The position numbers and the translations under genes were made by a program. The notes beneath the pieces are model-generated. The model saw only the letters and a list, made by a program, of their open reading frames with translations, was not told the origin of the DNA and did not search any database. From Eledone cirrhosa (taxonomy: Eukaryota): a stretch of DNA of 64,000 nt. Shown one piece after another: positions 11,337-26,321 of this stretch (its first letter is position 1; each line of letters begins with the position of its first letter). The DNA is taken from contig OZ024743.1 in assembly GCA_964016885.1 (NCBI GenBank), forward strand, positions 223,510,001-223,574,000, given 5' to 3'.

Positions 11337-14300
11337 ATCGTCATCATTTAATGTTCACTTTCAAGGGTTGGATTGGTCTACATAGACCAAGTCAGTACTG
11401 AAGCAGGGTTATTGACCTCCCAGACAGGCCAAGGGGTCTGTATCATTCTTACATATGGTCATATCAAGTGTAGGGAAGAAGTTGTTGTGTCGTTTGACAC
11501 AAACTGAAGGGTCCTCCTAACCCCTAGTTTGGTAAGCTTTTCTACAGCTGGATGCCCGTCCTAACACCAACCACTTATCTACACCCCCTGGTGTGTTTAC
11601 TGTGTAAATCCCCAACACAAGAGAGGTTGTTGAGTCTTTGACACAACTAAAGGGTCCTCACAACCCTTTTAGGCATGATTTCTACACCAAGGTTCCCTTC
11701 CTGTTGCCAACCATCCTTACAGAGTGCACCAGGTGCATTTTCATGGTACTATCATTAGAGAGGTTGTTGGTTATAGATCTAACAATCGAGCCCTCTCAGC
11801 TCTGAGGAGGGGGCAATAGGAGAGGGAGAAAGGTATGAAGTTAGAGGTGTATGTGGGGATTTAGCAGGGCAATGAGTAAAGGGTAGGGTTGTCTCATTAG
11901 TGTATGGGGATGTCATCAATATGGTGGGGTAGGGGCAGGATGGAGAGATAGGTAGGGGGTAAGGGATGAGTAAGTGGTAGGGGTATCTGATTAGTGTATT
12001 GGGTGAGGGGATGTAGTGATGTGGGGTTGTGCTTGATAGAGAGGAGGTCCATGGTGGAGAGGTAGGATAGAGGGTAGTTGGGGTGAGCAAGGGGTAGAGA
12101 GAGTAGCTACTAGGGTGCAATGGTGAGGATATCTAAGGTCTGTAGAGAGGTGGGTGCAGTGGTGGTGATGATAAATGGTGGGGAGTGTTAGTGGAGGGAG
12201 GGGTAGCTGGTTAGTGTATGGGGAGAGGGGATGTGCTCAATAGAGAGGGGGTTATGGTGGAGAGATAGGTATGGGGATAGTGAAGGGGTAAGGGGTGGTA
12301 GTGGGTGTAGACAAGGGGTAGAGAGAGTAGGGTGCAATGGTAAGGATATCTAAAGTTTTTAAAGGAGAGTTAAGGATTGGTTCTGGAGGAGGCATGGGTG
12401 ATGAGTGCAGTAGGGATGATGATAGTTAGTGCAGAGTGCTAGTGGGAGGGAGGCAGAAAGGGACCATGAATGGGTTAGGTAATATTGTTAGGTAATATTA
12501 TGCTTCTGGCCAGGTCTTTATCATCACAGCATAGCGCCAACCCTCTTGATCCTTTGAAATCTGAGTTGTGATGTTTAGTTTCCTAAGGTCACATACCACT
12601 ACCTCATCCCATGTCTTCCTGGCTCTGCCTCTTCCGTGAGTTCCAGCCATTGGGATTGCTCTGCATTTCTTTATGCAGCTGCTATCCTTCATACGCATCA
12701 CATATCCATACCAACACAATCATCTCTCTTGCACATTACATCCAATTCCTTTTATACTAAGTTTTCCTCTCAGTTCACTTATGGTACGTAGTTCATGCAC
12801 ACTAATATTACACATCCATTGGAGCATACTCACTTCATTTCTCTCCAGCCTTTTCAGGTGTTCTGCAGTTAAGGCCCATATTTCATTGCCATGTAGCATT
12901 GCGGTTTGCATGCAGGCAACATACAGTCACCATTCCCTCTGAGCGAGAAGCCCTTTGTTGTCAGCAGAGCTATCAGCTCTCTAAACTTCTTCCAGCCTAT
13001 TCTGGCTATCATACATTCAATGCATCCTCCCCCACTGCTAATTTAATCTCCTAATTAATAGAAGTTGTTGACAACTTCTAAGGAGCCTCCCTGGCAACTG
13101 AAGGAATTCACTTCATATGAGTTCTTAGTACATACTTTTACTGTGCATCTACCACATACAAAGTCTATATTTTCTGTTAACCTGCTTGCAATTGCACTAC
13201 ATCGCTTGTATGTTCATACATTGCACTGTGTGCACCTTATAGAATTTCTGCCCTCCTTATTAACATGTATGTGTATGCCTGTATGAATAAACACACAACT
13301 CCCCACCTCACACACACAAGAAATCAAAGCAAATGCAGCTTTGACTGACTGTCCAGACATTCAGCATTAAATTAGAATTGACAAAGAACACAACAATAAC
13401 AAAAAGAAGAAAGTTGTTGGGAGAGGAGGAATAAGGTTATAATGTCTGATGGATGTCATTACATGTCATGGTGGATTGACAATAGTATCATTCGTCCTAG
13501 TCATAACAAAACAAATGCATAGAAGTCATTGAAATTCAGTTGTTTGTGTTATCAAAAGACTCAAAAGTCATGCTGTTGTTGTTTAACCCTAGGTTTGTCC
13601 TGATCCAGCAAAACTTATGATAGCACAACCAGGTCGATTTTAATTTATGAATCTTTTTCTTTTTTTTCTAATACAATAAAGTATGATTTTGAGGGAGATT
13701 TAGTTGCTTTTTATAGCAAATGCAGCAACTGTATGGTACTTTCTTCCTTCATTGGCATCTGTAGAAGGAAGAGAGGGTTTAGGAGCTAGATTTCTAATGA
13801 AAGATACTGGCTATGATTTTCAAATAATTTTGAAAATGAACAAGAATTTGGAATTTAAATCATACAGACAACTTCAGTTATGGATGTCAGAGACCTCACC
13901 ATTTTAACAGGTAATTTCAATGTACACGAGATAGGTGAGTTACGTTTTGCTCCCTTGTACCACAAAAAATAGCAGCCAAATCTCACTCAAAGTCACATAC
14001 TACCTTCTTAAAAAGAAGATACATAACACGTAAGAACTAGTTGTTCTATGTAAAGCATTAGTTTCTATGAATTTACACAGAAGATAATTGAACAAAAACT
14101 TTTTACTTCTCAGAGTTTTAGCACGTGACTTCAGTGGACACGTTGGGCAACACCAGGATGACTATACAGGAGTACATGGTTGATATGGCTATGGCTTAAG
14201 AAATTAAGATGAGCAAGACTCCTAGAATTCTGTGATACAAATGAACTAAACAATTACAACACTAGCTTCAGGAAACTGGCTAGTTACCTGATCACCTACC

Positions 14301-17300
14301 AATTACACCTACCAATACACAAGCCAGATTGACATTTTACTTGTTAGAAAACAAGATAGACAGATGGTTATGAATATTAATCCCTTCTTCAAAGAGAGAA
14401 GAATGCACCACACAACATAAGTTAGTTATTAGTGATATGAGAATAAATACAAGACAACAAAAAAAGGTAGGAGAATCTGGAGAAGGAGAGTATGAAAACT
14501 AAAGGACCGCTCTATAAAATGTAGGTTTAGAAAAACTCTACATGATATGTATGGTAAGAGGGAGGTAGAGTTTGAGACATATGACATAGAAGACAATTGA
14601 AAATTCCTACATAACCTTCTGCAGGCTACTGAAAATATTTGTGACTATAGCAAAGCATCAGCCAGACAGAGGGTGACTTATTGATGGAATAGCATTATGG
14701 ACTAAGGGGTTAAATCCAAGAGACAGGCATGGAAAAACTGAAAAAAAAGTCACAGCAGGAGTCTTGGGCACTTGGATGGATTGTGGACTTTCACAGGGAG
14801 TTATGGGGTAATCTTTGAGATCAGAGAAGCATGTGGGGCTGGGTGCCTTGCTGGAACTATAAGGGCTAGCGATGTTGTGGGGCTGGAAGGCCTTGCTGGA
14901 AGTAGCTGGGCCTAGTGAAGTCATGGAACAGGAGGTTGAAACAGCAGCTGCGTTGTGGGCTTTCTCACTCTCTTGGTCAATAATTGTTTGGTGAAGGAGG
15001 TTGTGGTTCTTTTGCTCCATGTGTAAGGGACAAGTGGTGATATTTTCTGGCCATAGGGTAGAGTTGCGTTGGGTGCTTATGGATCACAGATATACCTCAT
15101 TCTGGAGCAGATTAACCAGTGAGATGTCCCATGAGATAGGTGAGTTACGTTTCGCCCCCTTGTACCACAAAAAATAGCAGCCAAATCTCACTCAAAGTCA
15201 CATACTACCATCTTAAAAAGAAGATATATTACATGTAAGAACTATTAGCTTCTATGAATTTACACAGAAGATAGATGAACAAAAACTTTCTACTTCTCAG
15301 ATTCGCACACTCACCTAGTAAGCTGAGTCTTGTTTGTTGTTTGAAGCAAGGATCTGGTTCAAACTTTATAATCCACTGTTTGCACATTTCTTCAGTGACA
15401 TTCTTCTCCTATAATGAAAGGTATAAATGTATAATTAGTTGGGTCAATGAAATGAAAACTATAACATGTAGCAGATATGTATGTATGGTCCCATAACTCC
15501 TGATAGAGTTAAAGGGATGCTGTATTGACATAGTGCTTTTGGCGGAGCCCGTCCCTTTCCTGGCCTCAGTACAGCAGATTTCTTCCAAAGAAAGATAGAA
15601 AGTGATAGAGAAGAAATGAGAAAGAGATATAGAGGAAGAATCGACCCCATTACTAGACTGGTACTTTTTTATTGACCTTGAAAGGATGAAAGGCAAAGTT
15701 GACCTTGGCGGGATTTAAACTCTGAGAGCAGAGAGCCGGGATGAATACCATAAAGCATTCTATCCGACGTTCTAATGACTCATAGCAGATATAGACAAAA
15801 CTAAATACATATCTGACAGTCATCAACTTTGATTAAGTACTGACTTTGTCCATGACAATCCATCTAACCCATGCCAGCATGGAAAAATGTATGTTAAATG
15901 ATGATGATGATGATGATGATGTTATTTCTTCATTCCACCAAATTTTATAAACCCTCAACACACTACTTGTTGTTTAGCAACGGTAAGCTCTGAATGAAAA
16001 ACATCTGAGCAAAGCCATTTCAGTCATAATGATCCAATATTTTTTCAGGAAATGTATCTAAGACTATTTTATCTATTGTGACCTTCCATTTATAATATAC
16101 TAATAATAATAGGTATAAATCAAAGTTGTAGCTGCAGTATAGCAAATACCAATCAAATTATTTGAGGTAGTCACAAAGCCCTTAATGGTACAAAAAGTCA
16201 ATACATTTTTGTCCAGAGTAAACAGAAAGTTAAGAAATAAAACGACCAGGTGTATGTGGCCATAATTTATACCACAGCAATGATAAATACAAACAGGTAG
16301 GAGACTAGTCTGTATTTATTGTTGTGGTTATAAACTATGGCCACTAACACTTGGTCATTTTATTCTTGGAGTCACACTTTCTTAACTTTATATATATATA
16401 TTGTTATATTTAGGGATGGTCATGTGCCCAATATTGCCAATAGAAAGAAACACATGCACCCACCATCTGATTTTCACTTTATCTTTATTGTTCGTTATTC
16501 ATTTGTTTAACAAATATATATATATATATATCATCATCATCATCATTTTCCCTGCTTGCCAGGGTGGGATGGGTCCTCTTCAACACAGCATCTCTCCATT
16601 TGTCACGGTCCTTCATCATCTCCTCTGTGAGCTTCAGCTATCTGAGGTCAGCTCTCACCACCTCCGTCCATGTTTTTCGTGGTTTTCCTCTACTGTGTCT
16701 TCCTTCCACTGGGATTACTTGGCACTTCTACAGACAACGGTCATCTTCCATGCACATCACATGACCATACCAACGCGGTCTTCTCTCCTGCACACTACAG
16801 TTTATTCCTCTTATACAGTTTCACTTTCAACTTGTCCATGCTTGGTTGTTCATGCACATTGACATTGCATATCCATTGGAGCATGCTTGCTTCATTTCTC
16901 TCCAGCCTTTGCATATTCTCTGCAGTTGCTGCTCAGGTCTCACTACCATGCAGCATCGCGCATCTCACACAGGCATCATACAACCGACCGTTCGTTCGTA
17001 GGGAGAAACCCTTCATTGTCAACAGAGGAAACAGTTCCCTAAACTTCTTCCATCCTGTCCTTATTTTAGATACTATGGCCTTAGAGCATCCTCCTTCCTT
17101 GCTAATTTGGCCACCTAGATATTGGAGGTTATCAACCACCTCTATAGATCCTACCTGTGTTTAAAAATGTGCCTATCACTGACACTTCTACTATCAATTT
17201 TCCATGAACATCTACTACATATGAAGCTTTCCTTTCATTTTAGTTTGCCTGCTATCCCACTACGCCTCCTGTGCACCCAAGATCTGCATTGTGTACATTC

Positions 17301-20300
17301 TATAAAGTTTATGCCAACTCCTTTTCTACATATCGAGCATAGCTATTTCCCAGATGGAATCAGAGTGTTGTCCTCTTTCTTACTTATCAATACTTTAGTC
17401 TTTGCTAGGTTCACTCTCAGTCCCCTTGATTTCAACAGCCAGAATTTATTCTCTAGCTCCTCTACTGATTCTGCTATAAGTACCAGATCATCAGCATAGA
17501 GAAGTTATCATGGGCAGCCGGTCTTAAACTCCTCTGTTATGGCTTGAAGTATAATGAATAAAAGTGGGCTGATGACTGAACCCTGATGAACTCCTACTTG
17601 TATCTTGAATTCCTCACTAAACTCCATTCCTACTCTCACTTTACTGACAGCCCCTCTGTACATAGCTTGCACTGTCCCCACAAGCCATTCCTCTACACCT
17701 AATTTCCTTAGGGACCACTGGATGACAGATCGGGGTACTCTATCAAAGGCCTTTTCTAGGTCAATAAAAACTAAATATAGTGGCTTATTCTTCTCTAAGA
17801 ACCTCTCTTGTAGTTGTCTCACTAAGAAGAGAGCATCTGTTGTACTTTTCCCAGGCACAAAATCAAACTGCATCTCATCTAATTTGACTCCTTAATTAGT
17901 TGTGCTAGCACTCTTTCTGTCACTTTCATAACCTGATCCACCAGTTTTATGCCCCTATAATTGCTCCTCTTCAGTGCATCCCCTTTACCTTTGTAACAAT
18001 TAACAAGAATACTGCTGCACCACTCTTTGGGTATGACTTTGCCATATATATATAAGGAATGTAGAGAAGTAACACACGAGTTGATATATATAAACAAATA
18101 GTAAATAGGAAAAGAATACAGTAGAAAATGGTAGAGGGATTTTTTCAGTATAACATTAAAACATTTATTTATAAAGTAGGGATTTCTGCATTTAATTGTG
18201 TATCGATTTCAGCTTTATATGCTTTTTCAATGATGGAAGTGTACAGTGCAGTTAAATTGTATATTTATACAAATAATAATAAAATGGAGAAAATAATTTT
18301 TAGTTTTTACATACATATTTAGAGTCACTACTACCAGTCGAAGCCAATAATTTAAATTGCTATCACCTCTGTTGGTCAACACTAACAGAGAACGAAAGAA
18401 AACTACAGACAAAAATATGAACTTTCCCCTCTAAATATATGTGTAAAAACTAAACATTTTTTTTCTCCATTTTATTATTATTCGTATAAATATGCAATTT
18501 AACTGTAGTATACACTTGCGTCGTTGAAAAAGCATATAAAGGAAAAGAAATTGAAAATGCAACTGAAGTCTTTTAAGAATATTTATTTATTTACTTTACT
18601 GGTTTCACAGTTCTTATGATTTTCAAAAGTAAAATTGAGATGGAGGGTTTGTGTTTCTGTTGTGGTTTGTCTTGCATATATATATATCATCATCATTTTA
18701 CGTCCGCTTTTCCCTGCTTGCAAGGGTGGGACGGGTCTTATTCAGCACAGCATCTCTCCACTCGTCACGGTCCTTCGTCATCTCCACCGTGAGCTTCAAC
18801 GATCTGAGGTCTGTTCTCACCACCTCAGCCCATGTTTTTCGTGGTCTACCTCTACCACGTCTTCCTTCAACTGGCATTTCCTGGCACTTCTTCACCCATC
18901 GGTGATCCTCCATGCACATCACATGTCCATATATATATATATATAAATGCTCCCTTGTTCAAATCTTGCTACAGTCAACATAGAGTCAATAGAATATAGT
19001 ACCAGTAGAGACTACTGGGTTCAATTTAACTTTCCCCTCCACCAAATTGCTGGCCATGTGCCTTAATTAGATACAATTATTATTATCATTATTATTTTGT
19101 TGTAGAGCCATGCATGAAAGAATTATAATATAAGTTGAGGAATCTAATTTTACCTTTTGCTGTTGCTTTAGAAATTTCAGTAGATCTCCTGGAGTCAGAT
19201 AGGATTTGCCACGAACATACCTTTGATTTTAAAATGATTAATTAGCTTATTCAATTAATAACATCACCAAAAATAAACAAAATGAAAAATGAAATTTCAA
19301 ATATACTTTCTAAATCCAAATGTAATTTTAGTAAAAAAAAAAAACCAAACAAACAAACAAAAAACAAAAACAAAAACAAAAAAGATAGTTTGAGGAAACT
19401 AAAATTTGTGAGTTTCATTAACTTCCTACTTTGTAAGAAAATTTGATGTTTTAGCACTGCAAAAACCATGCCTAACTGGAATGTTCACACATGTAATTTG
19501 TCAAGTCTCAGAATGTGACAACTTATCAAATCTGTACTAGGGTGGAACAGACAAAACAGTTATGATAATGATAATAGAGGTTCACAATCTTTTATCCGAA
19601 AATCCGAAACCTGAAAAGCTCCGAAAACGAAACATTTTTTCAGGATGTCGTCTGCACACCAAAGGTTGCGTTTGGCACCAAACTTGACCCAAAACTTGAC
19701 CCATAGTTATCCCAAGTAACGCAGTTGTGTCTCAGTACTCCTACCAGTCAGATGCACATTGCCTCTGCTGCTCACTGACATTTTGTTTATTTTTTTGTTG
19801 ATTTTCTTTTTACTTTAAAGACTGAAAATGTCAAAAAGAGCTGCAGATTCCCGTATGGTTAACAGTGAGAAGCAGAAAAGGAAGTGTTTGTCATTATCGA
19901 TAGGCTCAAACTCACGACCTTGCGGCCAAAAGCCAAGCAGTCTACCACTGAGCCACCCTGTCCCCTGTAATGTTTTATCTAAAAACTTTAAAATTTACGC
20001 TAAAATCTTCCAATCTGAAAAGAGTCTGGGCCCAAGGTTTTCGGGTAAGAGATTGTGAAACTGTATAAATATTTGTAAGGCCTGAAATGCTCTATATAAT
20101 ATGTGTGCAGTGCCTAGTAGTGATATTTTATTTATGTTGTGTATATATGTATATATGTAATTACTGAAGTATTGGTTGTGAATTGCTCTGTATATTTTTT
20201 TATTATTCCAAGACACATTTTATTATAGAGACTGTTTTATTTTCAGTCATCACATTTTGGTTATCTCTATTTTCAGATCTTTATATTTGGATAATTTCGT

Positions 20301-23300
20301 TATCATCATAAACATGGTGGATTAGCAGAATTGGTAGTATCATATAAAATAACTTGCAGTACTTTGTAATGTCCCTCTACATTCTGAGTTGAAATACTGA
20401 CTTTACCTTTCATCATAGGGTGGGTGAGGGGATAAAATAAAGTACCAGTTAAATACTGGGGGTTAAATTTAATAGCTTTTGCCTCCCCCACAAAATTGCT
20501 TGCCTTGTGCTTATATAAGAAACAATTGTTGTTGTTGTTAATATTATCAATGTGTTTAATGAAATTTATTTTTGGAAACATTTATTTTTTTAAAAGATAT
20601 AAATAAAGAATTTGCTAATTAAAAGAGGTGGCCACTGTTGTTTAACCTTTTTGACACCAAACCACCTGAAACCTCTCCTGTTTCTACAATACAAAGACAT
20701 TTATTTTAAAGTGTTTATATTTATCTAAAAGCCTTACATCATAACTTTATGTAGAACCTTTATTAAGTTATGTTCCATACACCAACTTAATAATAGCAAA
20801 GTTTGTTATATTACTAAATTCTTGATTATTTTCAAAATTACTTGAAAAATATACACAATGTCTTTTAGTAGAAATATGGTAACAAAATGGTTAATATTAA
20901 ACATTTAGTGATAAAATGTTATTATAAAGTTAATAACTAAATAGAAATCCAAGAAAAAAATATAGAAAAATTACAGTTTATATTGACTCTGGAGAAACTG
21001 GTAAGATATTTGGCAAGACATATTTCAGACAGGAATGTAAAAAAAGAGAGAAAGAGAGAGAGAGAACAATGAAATAACTATCCAAGCATATAACTTAAAC
21101 ATTTTGATACCAACTCATCTGAACCCTAGTTTTATGATATGAAACTAGTCATTTTAAAGTGTTCATAACTAAATTAAAACTTTCCACCATAACTTTAAAT
21201 AAGAACTTTTTAGTGTGCTAATTGTCAGTTTACTAATGAGATAGTTAAGTTATATTACTAAATTCTTTCGAATTCTTGATCTTCTTCTTCGCCCACTTAT
21301 TCCTGAGAGGGTCGTGGGAGCAGAGTCCTCAAAACACTCCTTCTAGCAGGTCCTGTCAGAAGAAACTGTCTCCAACTGATCCAGCTAGATCCCCAAGCAA
21401 GACCAACCAAGCTCATGCTCCGGGTCTACCCCTCGGTCTCTTGCCGGTTGGTTTTGCCCGTAAAATCTGTCCAGTGATTCTTTCATGAGACATTCTAACC
21501 ACATGCCCATAATACCAGAGATGTGATCTCTCAATTCAGAGAAGAAGTGGCTCTACCTTGAGTGACTCTCTGATCTCTGAGTGACACTCTTTATTTTGAA
21601 AATAATCAAGAAATCGAGTAACGTTCTTCCGAAGGGTCTTTGGAGTAATGCTACTCAATTTCTTGATTATTTTCAAAATATTGAGAGTACTCTCCATAAT
21701 GCGTGCAGTGCCTAGTAGTGTTATTTTATGTATGCTGTATATATTTGTAAGTCCTGGGGTTTTGCTTATGTATCTGTGTGTTTTTTTATCATTTCCAGAG
21801 CACCTATTATTATTATTATTATTATTATTATTACAGTTGCATTTATCTTGCTTTATTATTATATTATTGTTATTATTATTGTTATTATTATTATTATTAA
21901 TTAATTAATTAATTAATTTATTTATTATTTTTTAAGCTCGATGGTAAATGCAAAATGGAGAACGTACTTCCTGATCTGGTTGAGGCAACTGAATTTTTGA
22001 ACATCTGGGGGAATACCTTCTTCTCATAATGATGAGACAGAGTGGCTTCAAAGAATAAGACATTAACTAAACCAGAATATGAAACAAGATAACATCAGCA
22101 TTTACGCCAGTGATGTCAAACATTTTGTTACAGGAATGGCAAGCCGGAAGGCACCTGGTTCTAACGGCATCAAAGGATTCTGGTACAAGAAAATGAGCAA
22201 TATGCATGATAGGATAGCCAAACACTTGAACAAGTGCTTGCAGCTAAGAGAAGTCCCAAATTGGATGACCAAGAGTCAAACTGTCTTTATAGTGAAGGAC
22301 AAAGCAAAAGGAAATGTGGCTGCCAATTACTGACCAATAGCATGCCTTCCAATCATTTGGAAACTGTTGATTGGGTTTATTGGGAACAAGATATACACAC
22401 ATCTCAAAGAGGTGAATCTCTTCCCAAATGAGCAGAAAGGGTGTCGTAGATCGCCCAGGGGAACATAGAACCAGTTGTTAATTGATAAGGTGATTCTAAG
22501 GAACTGCAAGAGAAAGAAAAAAAACTTGACAATGGCTTTCATAGATTACAAGAAAGGCTACGACATGGTTCACCATTGTTGGTTAAATGACACTCTCAAC
22601 CTTGTAAGCATTCAGATAATATCAAGGAAATACTGTTCAACAGCATGGAGTAGTAGAGAACAGAATTGTCATCTAGTAATGAAGTTCTAGGAGAAGATCG
22701 CATCAGACAAGATATTTTCCAAGAGGACTCATTATCACCTTTGTTGTTTATCATTGTACTGTGTCTCCTTACTCTTGTAAGATATTGTGGATATTTCACG
22801 TCGAAAGAGTCCATAAACTATCTATTGTTCATGGCCAATTTAAAGTTGTAGGGCCGCCATGAAAGAGAACATCATTCACTTGTCCACACAGTGAGGATTG
22901 TATCTGATGTCCTAGGCATGAAGTTTGGTTTCAACAAGAATAAAACATTTTCAATGAAAAAGAACAAATTAGTTGAGATCAATGATATTGAAATGCCTGA
23001 TGGTGAAAGAATTTCATAAATTCAAGAAACAGGTTACCGATACTTGGGCATGTTGCAGCGTGCAAGGATTAGAACAGGCAAAATGAAGGAAAAGATTGAA
23101 AAGGAGTATATCAGGAGAGTGAAAAATTGTCCAAGTCAAAACTGTTTGCAGGAACTTTAACATCTGGAATAAAACAATGGGCTTGGGAGTAGTGAGGTAT
23201 AGTACTGGAATAGTTGATTGGATGAAACAAGACCTTGAAAGAAATGATAGATGCACACATAAGATCTTAACATGTAATGGGTGCTTACACCCAAGGGCAA

Positions 23301-24802
23301 ATATTGTATGGCTGTACCTTAAGATAAAGGAGAAGGTGGGAGAGGTTTAATTTTGATTGAGCAATGCATACGTAGTGAGTGCAACAGCTTGTGGGACTAT
23401 CTGATTTTAACTTAGAGGTTCTGAAGGAAGACTTTATAACAGAAAGTCAAGCTAAGGAAACATACAACAACGACTTTAGAGAGACACAAGAACAGTCATG
23501 GAAAGAAAGGGCTCTTCATGGTAAATTTCCAGCTGCCATTAAAGACATTGTTGATCTTAAGTCATGGCTTTGGATTAGGTCAGGTTGGGTTAAAAAGAGC
23601 ACTGAGGGTATTATAACTGCCACACAAGACCAGGCACTCAAAACCAATAGGATGAAAGCTAATATCAATGGGCACAATAGCTCCCCACTTTGCAGAGTAT
23701 GACATAAAGCAGACAAATCTGTGGTACATATTAATGGTTTTTGATTTAGGCTGTAACTCTATGCCGCAAAACATGTTGTCCTATGCTTTACCAATAGTTC
23801 CAATCCACTGTCCTTAAAAATAATAACAGCAACAGCAACAACAATAATAATAATTTGATTAACTCCCCCATTACATAACTTAAGAGATCCACAGAGGGAA
23901 TGATACTGGCTGTACAGGAGCAAGCCCTTAGAATGAAGTGGATAAAACACCATATTGACAAGGAGGAGACTAGCCCACCCTGTCGGATCTGTGGAGAGAA
24001 AGAGAAAACTGTGGTTCACATTGTATCTGAGTGTTAACACCTAGCCCAGACTCACTATAATGGATGGAGGCATGACACCATAGGAAAAGTGGTTCACTGG
24101 CATTTATGCAAACTGAACAAATTACCTCATTCTGAGAAATGGTATGAGCATAAGCCAGAGTTGATGGTAGAAAATGACTGGGTGAAGGTGTTGTGGGATT
24201 TCAGGATACAAATGGACAAAGAATTAGAACACAATAGGCCTGACCTGGTGGTTTTTGACAAGGAAAAACGATTTTGCTTGATTATAGATATAGTTTGCCC
24301 CTTTGACACAAAAGTGCAAGAAAAGAAAGCGAAAATTAACCGGTACCAGGATTTAAAATGATAACTGAAAATGATTTGGAATTGTCATGAGATTAAGGTC
24401 ATCCCCATCATCATAGGAGCACTGGTACTATTTCAAAGAGCTTCCAAGGTGGGTTAAAGAACATTAATCCAGCCCTCTTTGTTGGAAAACTCCAGAAAGC
24501 ATGCCTACTGGGACAGCAAAGACCCTCTGATATGTCCTGAATATCTGAGGCTGCAGGTAGTGGCTCGATGTTCATCAGGGCAAAATGTTCTGGTTAAATA
24601 ACAACAATGACTGAGATATCAAAGTAATAATAATGAAAATAATAATAATGATAATAATAATAAAGCTGTTAGTAATATCAATTATCCTACTTTTAGTAGC
24701 TTCAGATATAACAAGCAACACTAAATGTTTTAGGTTAGAAGTTTTCTAAATACATATATATATATATATAACGACGGCCTATGCCTCCGTTAATTTATCG
24801 TG

Positions 24803-24834
<32 letters not shown>

Positions 24835-24900
24835 GTATGATATATATGTATGATATATATGTATGATATATATGTATGTATATATATATGTATATATATG

Positions 24901-24934
<34 letters not shown>

Positions 24935-25769
24935 TGTATATATATGTATATGTATGTATATATATGTATATATATGTATGCATATGTATGTATTTATATA
25001 TGTATGTATATATATGTATATATATATATATATATGTGTGTGGACTGTTAACTCCTGATGGAGTTGTAGGAGGGAGCATAAAGGAACACAGCATCTAGGG
25101 CATTTAAACTTGGCAAAGCCTATCTCTAGGCCTGAACATAGATGATTTCTTCCAGAGAAAATAGGGGTTAGAAAGAGAGAAAGGAAATGAGAAAGAAATA
25201 TAAAGGCAAAATCGACCCCAGTATTAAACTAGTACTTTATTTATGAACATCGAAAGGATGAAAGGCAAAGTTGACCTTGATGGGATTTGAACTGAGTGCA
25301 GATAGCATGGAATGAATGCTACAAAGCATTCTATCCAATGTTCTAATGGCACTGCCAATTTACTGCCTCTCTATATATTTAGGCAGTGGGTGAATTGGCA
25401 GAGTCATTAAAACGTCAGATAGAATGTTTTGCAGTGTTTGCTGCCAAGGTCAACTTTGCCGTTCATCCTTTTAAGGTCAATAAAAAATGTAGCGGTCTAG
25501 CACTGGGGTTGATTCTTCCTCTATACTTCCTTCTCACTTTCCCTCTATCACTCTATCTCTTTCTCTGGAAGAAATTGTTTGTGTTCAGACATGGAGAGGA
25601 GATGGGTTCTACTAGGTTTAAAAAAATAAGGCCCAAGAAACACTTTTTGTCATTTCGGTGCCCCTATGACTCCATCAAGAGTTCCGGGTACATATATACA
25701 TATGTATATCTACATACACACACCACTTACACCATACACACACATATATATAAATAAATAAATATACTA

Positions 25770-25807
<38 letters not shown>

Positions 25808-26290
25808 ATATATACATATATATATAAAGCAGAAGAAGAGTACAGTTAACAAGGTGTGTACATTAAATAGCCACCTCACACATATATACATAGGTGCAGT
25901 ACACAAACCCATTAGTGCATTGTTCGAAAATACAATCAGTGTATTGAAAAAGAGAGAAAGAGAATAAAAACAACCCCATCCCAAAATAGAAAAAAAAAAA
26001 TTTTTTTTTCAGAAATTGTATTGAATTCAGAAATCGCTCCACAACCCCCACCAAAGACCATAAAACAAAAACATTTTGTTGGGGTGGGTATATTTATATA
26101 ACAGATTTTAGCATGAAATCATATTTAAATGAAAAGAAATACAAAAATGAATTTAATGGATTTGGGGGTGGGAGTAATGGTGGGGATCATGAGAAAGAAA
26201 ATGGGGGAGAAAACAAAGTAGGAAAGACAGAATAAGAGAATGTATAAAGAGAGCAAGTAAAATGGGAAAGAGAGTGAATGAGTTGCAATT

Positions 26291-26321
<31 letters not shown>

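Noticed and set aside
18195-18240. Minus-strand TTGAAAA agc-loop-gct GAAA tcga TA, a possible U3-A8 hammerhead
   Set aside because: Stem I does not pair in this copy; insufficient support.
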